NCBI GenBank assembly: GCA_965221165.1
Contig: CBDCRP010000002.1
Span: forward strand, 704,001-768,000
Direction: 5' to 3'
From: a bacterium
GTDB lineage: Bacteria; UBA8248
DNA: 64,000 nt
Shown here piece after piece: positions 10,107 through 19,293 of the stretch. Both the position numbers and the translations under genes were made by a program. Position 1 is the first letter of the stretch; the number at the start of each line of letters is the position of its first letter. The notes beneath the pieces were generated by a model. The model did not search any database, was not told the DNA's origin, and saw only the letters and a list, made by a program, of their open reading frames with translations.

Positions 10107-10928
10107 CTATTTTCGAACGCCGAGGCGCCTGGAAAAATAGCCTCTCTTTAGCCACATGCGCACCCTATGCGGCAACATGCGATACGAAAACCAAAGCGGC
10201 AACAACGCGCGATGCAAGAGACCGCCTCCCAACACGCGAATCGCCTTGTTTTGCAGGGCGATTCCATCGAGCACATAGCGGAGCCTCGCACCCCGCTCGA
10301 AAAACTGCTTCGCATGAATTCTTTTCGCCGCAACGGGAATTTTTAACGCCCCGAGCTTCATTCCGCTTTCATGCAACCGGACATACAGGTCCCAATCAAG
10401 CTGACTGCTGCGATTCTCGTTGTAGCCTTGAATCTTCTTTATCGCCTCGCTTCTTACGAACAACGAGGTGTGAACCACGGGGTTAAAAAACATGAGTTGC
10501 CTTCTAAAGTCCCTTAGCGAGGTCCTTTTATCCTCTGCTCCAAATGCGGGCCACTGGAGAACATCTTTTGCATGAAAGGCGAACAGGGGTGAGACGACGG
10601 CGGAATAATCCGGAAAACATTCAAGCGCCGATTTTTGCATTTCAAATCTTTTGGGATGCGACAAATCATCGGCGTCATGCCTGGCGATAAATTCACCTCT
10701 GACCTCGCGCATACCCAGGTTGAGGGCTTTCGCGAGTCCGACTCTTCCCGCTTCTATCAGACGAATCCTGGGATCGCGGAATTGTTTCAGTATGCGAATC
10801 GTATCGTCCGTGGAGCCATCGTCGACGATGAGGCATTCGAAATCGGATTCCGTCTGCTCCAGTATGCTCTTCACCGCCTGTGCGATAAATTCCTCGGCGT
10901 TGTAAGACGTCATCAGAACGCTTATCAC
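10107..10928 (-). CDS. GT2-family glycosyltransferase
   Basis: ISVLMTSYN, IVDDGSTD, IARHDADD. Confidence 0.92.
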   Translation of the reverse strand: MISVLMTSYNAEEFIAQAVKSILEQTESDFECLIVDDGSTDDTIRILKQFRDPRIRLIEAGRVGLAKALNLGMREVRGEFIARHDADDLSHPKRFEMQKSALECFPDYSAVVSPLFAFHAKDVLQWPAFGAEDKRTSLRDFRRQLMFFNPVVHTSLFVRSEAIKKIQGYNENRSSQLDWDLYVRLHESGMKLGALKIPVAAKRIHAKQFFERGARLRYVLDGIALQNKAIRVLGGGLLHRALLPLWFSYRMLPHRVRMWLKRGYFSRRLGVRK

Positions 10929-10959
10929 TTCGGATTCCCTTCAGCCAAAGCGCGCCCCA

Positions 10960-12885
10960 TCAAGCGACCGCTGAACGGTAGGGGTCCAAGATTTCCCGGA
11001 ACCAAAGCTCCAAAACCACCAAAAACCATATGAGAGGGTAAGCGGATTTCCCTTCCCTGAAACGGGCGTATAACTTCCCCACTTCTTTGGGGGAGAAAAT
11101 CCCTCTTCTGCGGAGCGACTCCTCGCTGAGCGCATCCTCGACGATTTCACGCAAATCCTCTTGCATCCACTTCGCCATAGGAAAATCGAAGCCCTGTTTT
11201 CTCCTCGCGGAAACCCCGGGAGGGATGACATCCCGAAGCGACGCCTCCAGCAATCTCTTCGGGTGTCCCCATTTCTTCTCCCACCCCTGCGGCAAGCCGC
11301 ACACGAATTCCACGATGTGATGATCGACGAACGGCACCCGCACTTCCAGTGAATGGGCCATGCTCATCGCATCGGTATCCCGCAACAATCTCCATCCCAT
11401 ATACACCTGCATTTCGAGTTCGCTCAGAATCCTCCAGGGCCTCTCGCCGACGCGGACCAACGAGGCGAGCATCGCGAGAATATCCTCATCCGTTTCGCGC
11501 TCCTGGAAGTGGGCTCGCAGTTGCGGGGAATACAAAGCTCTCTTTTCTTCGGGCCACGACAAAAAGCGCGCCAGAGCGTACAACCCAACCGGCGATTCCA
11601 CCCATTGCAGCCTACTGAACTTGTGGATTCGCTCCGAAGACATGGCCGAGCCATACCGGAGCATGTGCGAGAGAGGCTTCGCGAGGGTTTTTCTCGCCAT
11701 CAAAGGCAATTTCCCCCAGGCGCGCGATAATTCCCACCAACGCGGTATCAGGCGAAACGAGTCGTAGCCGCCGAAAATCTCATCTCCGCCAAGACCGGAC
11801 AAAGCGACGGTAACGCCATCTTGCTTCGCTGCCTGAGATACGAGATAGGTATTAACACCATCGAAGCTGGGCTGGTCCAGATGCCGCACGATGCGGGGGA
11901 GTTCCTCGGCCACGTTCGAGCCTTTGACCACGATCTCCAAGTGGCGCGTGGAGAAGGATTGCGCCGCCGCTCTCGCATATTTCCTCTCATCGTACCCTTC
12001 CGGAGCGTCATCGAAACCGATGCAATAAGTCCTCACGGGCTTATCGGCCCGGCGCGACATCAACCCCACTACCGCCGAAGAATCCAGGCCACCACTCAAA
12101 AAAGCTCCTATAGGAACGTCGCTTATCTTGTGTAATTCAACGCTTTTCTCCAACAAGTCTCGTAGTCGGGGGACTATTTCTTTTTCAGCACATCGCGTCG
12201 TTCCGGCTGCCGGCATTTTCCACCACTGCTCGATGGATGTTCCCTTTTTCGTGATGCGCATTCGGTACCCCGGCGGCAACGCCCTCACGCCCTTCAACAG
12301 CGTGCGCGTCCCGGGAACGAAGCCCAGGGAAATGCTGCTATCGAGAGAATCGAGATCGATCTCCGGGCAAAGCAAGCCGCTTCTCACCAACGCTCCCAGT
12401 TCCGAGGCAAACGCCCATCCACCCGCGATCGGCGTGTAGTACAAAGGTTTGACGCCGAGTCGGTCACGCGCCAAAAGCAACGACCGACGACCGGCGTCCA
12501 TGATTGCGAATGAAAACATCCCCCTTAGCAAACGGGTGCACTCATCCTCTTCCTCCTCATATAGACGCAACAGGACCTCCGTATCGGAACACGACCTGAA
12601 GGTATGGCCGCGACCCGTCAGATGCTCTCTCAATTGTCTGAAATTATAGATTGCCCCATTCAGCGCGACCCAGATTTTCTCATCTTCGCTGGACATGGGT
12701 TGTTTCGCCGCCGAGCTCGGGTCGATGATACCCAAGCGCCTCACGCCGATGCAGGTTGCGCCGAAACGGTGAAGCCCCATGCCGTCGGGACCGCGATGCG
12801 TCATCGCATCGCACATCCGCGCAACGCCTTCCTCTATCGAGGATGGAGAAAGTTTGGTCGAGGTGATTCCGCAAATTCCGCACAT
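10960..12885 (-). CDS. asnB: Second asparagine synthase-like amidotransferase
   Basis: MCGICG, HRGPD, LSGGLDSS, SGLGGDEIFGGY, DAMSMAHSLEVRVPF. Confidence 0.95.
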   Translation of the reverse strand: MCGICGITSTKLSPSSIEEGVARMCDAMTHRGPDGMGLHRFGATCIGVRRLGIIDPSSAAKQPMSSEDEKIWVALNGAIYNFRQLREHLTGRGHTFRSCSDTEVLLRLYEEEEDECTRLLRGMFSFAIMDAGRRSLLLARDRLGVKPLYYTPIAGGWAFASELGALVRSGLLCPEIDLDSLDSSISLGFVPGTRTLLKGVRALPPGYRMRITKKGTSIEQWWKMPAAGTTRCAEKEIVPRLRDLLEKSVELHKISDVPIGAFLSGGLDSSAVVGLMSRRADKPVRTYCIGFDDAPEGYDERKYARAAAQSFSTRHLEIVVKGSNVAEELPRIVRHLDQPSFDGVNTYLVSQAAKQDGVTVALSGLGGDEIFGGYDSFRLIPRWWELSRAWGKLPLMARKTLAKPLSHMLRYGSAMSSERIHKFSRLQWVESPVGLYALARFLSWPEEKRALYSPQLRAHFQERETDEDILAMLASLVRVGERPWRILSELEMQVYMGWRLLRDTDAMSMAHSLEVRVPFVDHHIVEFVCGLPQGWEKKWGHPKRLLEASLRDVIPPGVSARRKQGFDFPMAKWMQEDLREIVEDALSEESLRRRGIFSPKEVGKLYARFREGKSAYPLIWFLVVLELWFREILDPYRSAVA

Positions 12886-12999
12886 GATTATCGAGCCATC
12901 TTTTTACCTGAAAAAAGAAACCGCATATCACCTCCCTGACGACGCCAGGTTCCGAACCCCGGAAGAATCGAAACGATTGGTGAATTCATCCAAATCGCC

Positions 13000-14796
13000 T
13001 TACGACTGCAATTCCACGAATTTTCTATACCGGCCTCCCCTCCGCATAAGAGCGAGGTGGTCTCCTTCCTCGACAATTCGCCCTCCCTCGAGAACCAGAA
13101 TCTTGTCCGCGTCTTTTATCGTGGAAAGACGGTGAGCGACGATCAGGATGGTCATTCGCCCGCTGAGATTCCGCACGGCCGTCTGGATAAGACGCTCGAA
13201 CCCGCTATCGAGCGAACTCGTCGCCTCGTCCAAAACCAGTATTCGAGGAGAGCGAACCAGGGCTCTTGCGAGAGCCAAACGCTGTTTTTGGCCCCCGGAT
13301 AATTTGAAGCCGCGATTTCCTATGATCGTTTGATATCCCTCGGGCAATTCCCTTATGTATTCATGTGCATAGGCGGTTTCCGAGGCCTTTCGCACCTGCG
13401 TTTCACCGGCTTCCAAGTTCCCGTAGCGGATATTGTTGTAAACCGTATCGTTGAAAAGGTAGGGGTCCTGCTCCACCACCCCGATCAGGCTTCGCCATTC
13501 GCTCACGGAAACATCCCTTAAATCCACGTCATCGACATAAACGACGCCTTGCGTCGGATCGTGAAGACGCAGGAACAGATCGACGAAAGTCGTCTTACCG
13601 CTTCCCGAGGTGCCCACGAGCGCCGTCGTCGTATATTTTTCAATCGATGCGTTTATTCCGCCCAGCGCATCGCCCTGCGCGCCCGGATAGGAAAACGATA
13701 CATTTTCGAACCTCACCCCCTTTTTCAGGGAACCGACCAAAATGCCTCTTTCCCCGGAACTCTCCTGGCTTTCGCTTTCCGTATATTCTCGAATTCTCGT
13801 GAGATGGGGAGCGAACTCGTTCACGATGAGCCAATAATTGCCTATCAGCTTGAGCTTGGGCAGAACCTGCAAAAAGATCGCCAAAAACACCGTCAGCGTG
13901 AAAAAGGGAATTTCCAGAAATTTGATGGAGAAAACCAGACAAAGAACCATCATCAAGAAAATCAACGGCTCATAAAAAAACGACGCGATAATTCTATTGT
14001 CCATGATCTGGACGCAGAGCCGGCGATAGTCGCTCGCGCGCATCAAGTAATTTTCGACGTGGTGCATGAGGTTTCCAAACACCTTCACCGTCTTCACGCC
14101 CGAGAAAACATCATGAAGATAGGAACTGATGTCCTCCACACCCTGTGATTCTTTCGCGCCCTTCAAATACGCCTTTTGAAACCAAGGGAGCAGAAAAGAA
14201 CAAGAAATCGACGACAGACCGAGAACCAGAACAGTGAGCGAAAAAGAAACCATCAAATTGAGGATCAGATACAGAACACAGAAAAGAATACTGTTCATAA
14301 TGAGCATCATATGCTCGAAGATAAAACCGCAATTGTTCGCGGAAGTGAATTGGACGGCAACGAGAGCGCCGGTTTTTTTCCGGTAAAAAAATGAAAGCGG
14401 AAGATTCATGAGATTTCGGAAGGCTTTTTCTCTCATGTCGTATGCGATTCTCGAACTCAGCACCCGTGCAAAACGCATGGAGATCGCAACCAGAGCGTAT
14501 TTGATCAGCATGGCGAACGTGAACAGAGTGATGAGATTGATGAGCGAAAACTCCAGACCCAGGATTCCAAATCCCCACTCGGCGCACGTCGTGAAGATAT
14601 GGTTTGTTTCAATTCCTTGAATCGTTTGAAATATGGGCATCAGTAAACCCAAGCCGACGCTCTCGAACATCGTCGCCAAAACGAGGACGAAGGAATACAA
14701 GAACAGGAAATCCCTGTAATTCCGGGCAACGGCGAGAATATCCCTTTGTTTGTCGCTCAACATGTGGTTTTTCGGACTACGCCGGAGATTTTCCAA
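13000..14796 (-). CDS. ABC transporter permease/ATPase (MsbA/PglK-like glycan flippase)
   Basis: N-terminal TM domain; GTSGSGKT, LSGGQKQR, LDEATSSLD, AHRLST. Start may be 14763. Confidence 0.9.
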   Translation of the reverse strand: MENLRRSPKNHMLSDKQRDILAVARNYRDFLFLYSFVLVLATMFESVGLGLLMPIFQTIQGIETNHIFTTCAEWGFGILGLEFSLINLITLFTFAMLIKYALVAISMRFARVLSSRIAYDMREKAFRNLMNLPLSFFYRKKTGALVAVQFTSANNCGFIFEHMMLIMNSILFCVLYLILNLMVSFSLTVLVLGLSSISCSFLLPWFQKAYLKGAKESQGVEDISSYLHDVFSGVKTVKVFGNLMHHVENYLMRASDYRRLCVQIMDNRIIASFFYEPLIFLMMVLCLVFSIKFLEIPFFTLTVFLAIFLQVLPKLKLIGNYWLIVNEFAPHLTRIREYTESESQESSGERGILVGSLKKGVRFENVSFSYPGAQGDALGGINASIEKYTTTALVGTSGSGKTTFVDLFLRLHDPTQGVVYVDDVDLRDVSVSEWRSLIGVVEQDPYLFNDTVYNNIRYGNLEAGETQVRKASETAYAHEYIRELPEGYQTIIGNRGFKLSGGQKQRLALARALVRSPRILVLDEATSSLDSGFERLIQTAVRNLSGRMTILIVAHRLSTIKDADKILVLEGGRIVEEGDHLALMRRGGRYRKFVELQS

Positions 14797-14959
14797 AACA
14801 CGAACGATTTCACGATGCCGAAAGGCTCGAGCGCATCGAGTGAATCACTCCAAACGCCTCGGAGTTACGGCATGCGCTTCATCGTCGCTCACTCTTGGGA
14901 CGGGTCAATCTCCGGACCTTTCCCTCGTGGTGGGTCGTCTTTATCTCGTGGAGTAGCGT

Positions 14960-16369
14960 TTATGGACTTTGAACATCAGAGAGTTTATCAGGCGGAGCCG
15001 TTTTCATCCAGTCAGCCGCTATCTTCTTCGCCAGCCAAAACTCATACGCGGAATTGATCTTCACGCTTTCCTCGGGAAGCATCGTGATATGGCCTATCTT
15101 TTCTCCTAAAAATTTTCCGGCTAGTACCGATTCCACCCGGTTCAGGTAAATCGCCCCGTTTTCCTTGAACAACGCCTTTCGCTCCAGGCGCAACGTTCTC
15201 TCGAGAGAGCCGTTGACGGGAGTGAGTCCGTTTTTCCCGTGATGATAGAAAAACGAAAGATCCTCGGATATGGATATCACGGAATCAACGCCGAATATCG
15301 TCATGGTGTCCACGGCTTTGTCGATATGCCACCCTCTGCGAAAAGGGGTGTTGACGTAGCAGACGCAAACCGCGTCGGGTGTATATTCGCTCTCCTCCTC
15401 CAGCGTCCTCAAGGCATGAAGCGCCGTATCCGCCATCTTGGCAGTACGTTTCGCCGGCGCTTCGGGCCTAAAGAGGCCATCCACTCCCTCGAAGCGCTCC
15501 ACATAATCCAAAACGTCTTCATCGTTTGAGGATACGACTATCTTGTCGACGGAGCGCGCTTCCTGGATTTGCTCCAGGGTTCGTTCCAATAGCGGTTTTC
15601 CCATGAACTGCGTAAAAGGATTCGCGAGTTCAAATCCCGCATCCACGACTATGGGAACGAGCGCCAACACTTTCGGCTTGCGGGAAAGGCTCATCTCCTC
15701 CACCACCCGCCCTTTGATTTTGCGGCGCGCATCCAGGAGCAGACTCCGGGATTTCGACAGGCTCTCGCCGTGGCGGCGATAATAAAACAGGGGCAGATTC
15801 ACGTTGTAGGGACGATGTCTCTGAATGAATTTCAACCACATCCCGTAACCGTCCTGACGATTGAATTCCTCGAAATAGCCGCCTATTTCCATCAGAATTT
15901 CCTTGCGGATCATGGTGCATGCGCCATGGGCCGGGAGGTCCAGTAAATCGACTTCCTCTCCTATTTTCTGGCGACGGACAATTTCCATGATCTCCCCATC
16001 GTGGTCCACGTGATAATAATCCGGGTACACCAGACCTACGCCGGGTTTCGTGTCCAGGATGTTGGAGAGAACCAGCAGAATGTTCTCATCCAGAAAATCA
16101 TCCGCATCCAGCCGCATCAGGTATTCACCCTCGGCGGCGCGCAAGGCGATGTTGTTCGTGAAATTCAATCCCTGGTTCTCTTGCTCGAGAATGCGAATCT
16201 TGGGATGCGCTCTGTAGGGTTCGAGTATTTCCGCCGTGTTGTCCGTCGAGCCGTCGTCGATGACGATCAACTCCCAATCATCGGTGGTCTGCTTCAAGAC
16301 GCTTTGAATCGCGGCGTCGAGAAAACGGGCGTAGTTATAGGTAGGAATGTAAACCGTAATCTTAGGCAT
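14960..16369 (-). CDS. GT2 glycosyltransferase fused to a degenerate acylneuraminate cytidylyltransferase-like domain
   Basis: N-terminal IPTYN/IDDGSTD/RLDADD; C-terminal GKPLLERT, IVVSSND, TPFR, ENGAIY, ESVKIN. Confidence 0.8.
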   Translation of the reverse strand: MPKITVYIPTYNYARFLDAAIQSVLKQTTDDWELIVIDDGSTDNTAEILEPYRAHPKIRILEQENQGLNFTNNIALRAAEGEYLMRLDADDFLDENILLVLSNILDTKPGVGLVYPDYYHVDHDGEIMEIVRRQKIGEEVDLLDLPAHGACTMIRKEILMEIGGYFEEFNRQDGYGMWLKFIQRHRPYNVNLPLFYYRRHGESLSKSRSLLLDARRKIKGRVVEEMSLSRKPKVLALVPIVVDAGFELANPFTQFMGKPLLERTLEQIQEARSVDKIVVSSNDEDVLDYVERFEGVDGLFRPEAPAKRTAKMADTALHALRTLEEESEYTPDAVCVCYVNTPFRRGWHIDKAVDTMTIFGVDSVISISEDLSFFYHHGKNGLTPVNGSLERTLRLERKALFKENGAIYLNRVESVLAGKFLGEKIGHITMLPEESVKINSAYEFWLAKKIAADWMKTAPPDKLSDVQSP

Positions 16370-16408
16370 GATGAATCAACCCAAATGGAATGAATCCGGC
16401 CACCATGA

Positions 16409-18001
16409 TTATTCCACCATGTCCATGGAGAGGGACTGATCCGCCTGGATGTCCGTTTTCGCTCGTCTGCCGATCAATTCATCCATCAACCAGCCCGGAA
16501 GGCCGTCGGCGGGCCTCTTCATACCCAGCATGGAAGATTCTATGGTCTCTCCGCGCCCAATATCGCGTTCGGCGACGATGCTGCGCCGCGCGCTGCTTCG
16601 GGCGCTTTTTTCTCTCTCGGCGACTCCGAGCGCACCGTCTCCCAAAACGCTCTCCGCAAGGCGAACGTTTTGCACCATCTTCCTCAAATCCTTCGGGTTC
16701 ATCGAGAAGAAATGCCCCGAATCGCTCAACTCCCGATCCAGGGTATAGTGTTTTTCGATGACCTTCGCCCCCAGAGCCACACCCAGAGAAGGGATGATCA
16801 TGTGCGCATCAGGCTCGGTATGGTCGGAGAGACCAACGCTGATGCCGGGGTATTTTTCCTTCAAAGAGGAGATGCGAAGGAGGTTCGCGTCTTCATTCGG
16901 CGCCGGATAACTCAACATGCAGGCCATGAGGATGAGCTGGTGGTTGCCCGTTGAGAAAATAGTGGCGATAGCCCGCTCAATCTCCTCTACCGTCGAACCG
17001 CCGCTCGAAAGAATAACGGGCTTGCCGAAACCGGCCACGCACCTGAGCAATCGACTGTCGGGAAGATCGCATGAGGCTATCTTGAAGAGCGGCATGCCTA
17101 AATCGTTCAGCATCTCGGCGCTATCGAGGTCGAACGGCGTGGAGAACGGGATGATGCCCTTCTCGAGACCATATGCGAAAAGCTCTTCATATTCCGGGGA
17201 GCCGAAGCGATCAAGTTTCCGGTAATACTCGATTTGCGGCATCTGTTTGCCTTGCCAGTAGGTCGTGGCTCCTTTGCGCGTCAAACGCTCCGCCTTGTAT
17301 GTCTGGAACTTGATCGCATCCGCTCCGGCTTCGGCGGCTAGGTTGATCATCTCCTTGGCGGTTTGCACGTCGCACATGTGATTGCAGGCGGCTTCGGCAA
17401 TCAGAAAGGCGGGATGGCCCTCTCCTATCATTTTGTCCCCGACGGCGATTTCCTTCGAATACGGACTCATCTCATGCGCAGCCATGGCGAGATCGAAAGC
17501 GCAGTGGATGTTGATGCAGTCATCCTGAACGGCGGATGGATACAGGGGCGGGGTCGTCGTCAACGCCCTCATGCTCATGATGCGAAGCGCCCCGTTTCGC
17601 TTTCCATTCCTGTCCACCGTGCACAGGTCGTCTATCTGGTTGTCTTGGACGTATCTCAACAGGGCGTCCAAGTCGCTTTTTCTGTTCGGATGATCGGGTT
17701 GAACCCCGACGAGGAAAGACACGTTCGCACGACCACATTCCCTGGCGACATCCCGGTACACCTCGACCAGGGGCGTTTCGCCGCTCAGCACATCGCCCCT
17801 AAAATGAGTCATCGCCCCGTTTCGCCTGCCGATCTCGGCGATTTCCTCGGAATCAGTGGATACGACGATTTTATCCACGCTCCGAAACTTCCTGACGTAA
17901 CGAACCGCATGCGCCACGAGAGAAAGGCCGTCGATTTCCAAGAGGTTCTTGTCCGCCAGACGATTCGAACCCCGCTTGGCCGGTATGACGGCGACGATCA
18001 A
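16409..18001 (-). CDS. Cytidylyltransferase (NeuA-like) fused to N-acylneuraminate synthase (NeuB-like, with SAF domain)
   Basis: IPAKRGSNRLADKN; IAEAACNH, GADAIKFQT, FKIASCD, GLSDHT, IEKHYT, RRSIVA...KRPADG. Confidence 0.9.
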   Translation of the reverse strand: MIVAVIPAKRGSNRLADKNLLEIDGLSLVAHAVRYVRKFRSVDKIVVSTDSEEIAEIGRRNGAMTHFRGDVLSGETPLVEVYRDVARECGRANVSFLVGVQPDHPNRKSDLDALLRYVQDNQIDDLCTVDRNGKRNGALRIMSMRALTTTPPLYPSAVQDDCINIHCAFDLAMAAHEMSPYSKEIAVGDKMIGEGHPAFLIAEAACNHMCDVQTAKEMINLAAEAGADAIKFQTYKAERLTRKGATTYWQGKQMPQIEYYRKLDRFGSPEYEELFAYGLEKGIIPFSTPFDLDSAEMLNDLGMPLFKIASCDLPDSRLLRCVAGFGKPVILSSGGSTVEEIERAIATIFSTGNHQLILMACMLSYPAPNEDANLLRISSLKEKYPGISVGLSDHTEPDAHMIIPSLGVALGAKVIEKHYTLDRELSDSGHFFSMNPKDLRKMVQNVRLAESVLGDGALGVAEREKSARSSARRSIVAERDIGRGETIESSMLGMKRPADGLPGWLMDELIGRRAKTDIQADQSLSMDMVE

Positions 18002-19293
18002 TTTTTCGCTCCCCTTGTTTTCGTGGATGAAATCACGGGCATGATTTGCCCTGCCTGCCGAAGCACAATGAGCTTCGAATTCGGCCCCGTCGCCTCCATA
18101 GCGTCATCGACCGCCGCCTGTATCGACACGGCCCAGCCGAATCCCATCCCGTTCGCTTCCTCACGGTAAATATGAGGGGAAACCAATACCCCCCTCACGC
18201 GCTTGGAAATGATTCTGCCGATGGCCACCAGCGTATAGGCGAGAATTTTTTCGCGAAATTCACCCGCTTCGACCTTCTGGTAAAGCGAGTCGGGATCCCG
18301 GAATCCATGACGCTTAAAATTCGGGAATTGCGGTGAAACGCCTTCCCGACAATCCGCAGCCAATATGATCACCCCGTTGTCCCGACAGACGAGGTCCGCC
18401 GCGCATACGGCTTTAATGGACTGGCGCAAATCGATATCAGACGGATAGGCTTCCGCCACGACGACCTCGGCCGCTGCATCGACCGGCACTCCGTATAGCT
18501 CCAGACATTGTTCACAGCCCACCTTGTGGGCCGATTCCACGTCTCCCGCAACGACGTCATAGATTCTTTCATCGTCCATCATGATCGTATTGACCATAAA
18601 GCCCAGGCCGGCCCGGCGCGCGATGCGAACAAACGCCTCCCTCACCTTGTTGTCGAAATTGCCGAGAATTTCGCTCATTTCATAATCCAGAGCGGCCCAA
18701 TGGGTCGCCTCTATCGTGGCCTCGCCGCAAATACCGGGCATCACGCTCTTCGCCCCGCCGGAGAACCCCGCAGTCGCATGGGGTATGATGCTGCCGATGG
18801 ATATGAGGAAATCCGTTTCCAGGATTTCCCTGTTCATCTGCACGTCGAAACCCAGTTCGCTCCTTCCCAATGAAACCAACTGCGAGGGGTTTTCCCACTC
18901 ATGGTTCAGAATTTGGAATCGCGCGACCAGATCATCGCCGAACTTGCTCCGTATCTCCTTCTCCGTCATGGAGCGATGCGTGCCCAGCCCAATCAGAATG
19001 CGGATAGACGTATCCGGGACGTTCGCCTCGGCGAGTTCCTCCAGGATGATGGGCACTACGCGATGAAGAGGGGTATGGCGCGTATTGTCATCGGTGACGA
19101 TCAATACCCTTTCCGCGCCTTTGGAGGCCTCCCGAAGAGGGGGAGCGCCGATTGGGTTTCGAATCCGCTCGCGCAGGGCTTCATCGTCGAGGCCGTTGCT
19201 TTTCGGCAAGGCAGGTCCGTAGACGCCTACCAGCCGTCCATCTTCAACTTCGAAATCATCAAACAGATCATTCGTCAGAGATATCCTGGCCAT
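17998..19293 (-). CDS. Nickel-pincer-dependent lactate racemase (LarA) family hydroxyacid racemase/epimerase
   Basis: DDNTRHTP, GLGTHR, IIPHATAGFSGGAKSVMPG, TIEATH, DLRQSIKA. TGATG overlap with the upstream gene at 19291-19295. Confidence 0.88.
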   Translation of the reverse strand: MARISLTNDLFDDFEVEDGRLVGVYGPALPKSNGLDDEALRERIRNPIGAPPLREASKGAERVLIVTDDNTRHTPLHRVVPIILEELAEANVPDTSIRILIGLGTHRSMTEKEIRSKFGDDLVARFQILNHEWENPSQLVSLGRSELGFDVQMNREILETDFLISIGSIIPHATAGFSGGAKSVMPGICGEATIEATHWAALDYEMSEILGNFDNKVREAFVRIARRAGLGFMVNTIMMDDERIYDVVAGDVESAHKVGCEQCLELYGVPVDAAAEVVVAEAYPSDIDLRQSIKAVCAADLVCRDNGVIILAADCREGVSPQFPNFKRHGFRDPDSLYQKVEAGEFREKILAYTLVAIGRIISKRVRGVLVSPHIYREEANGMGFGWAVSIQAAVDDAMEATGPNSKLIVLRQAGQIMPVISSTKTRGAKN

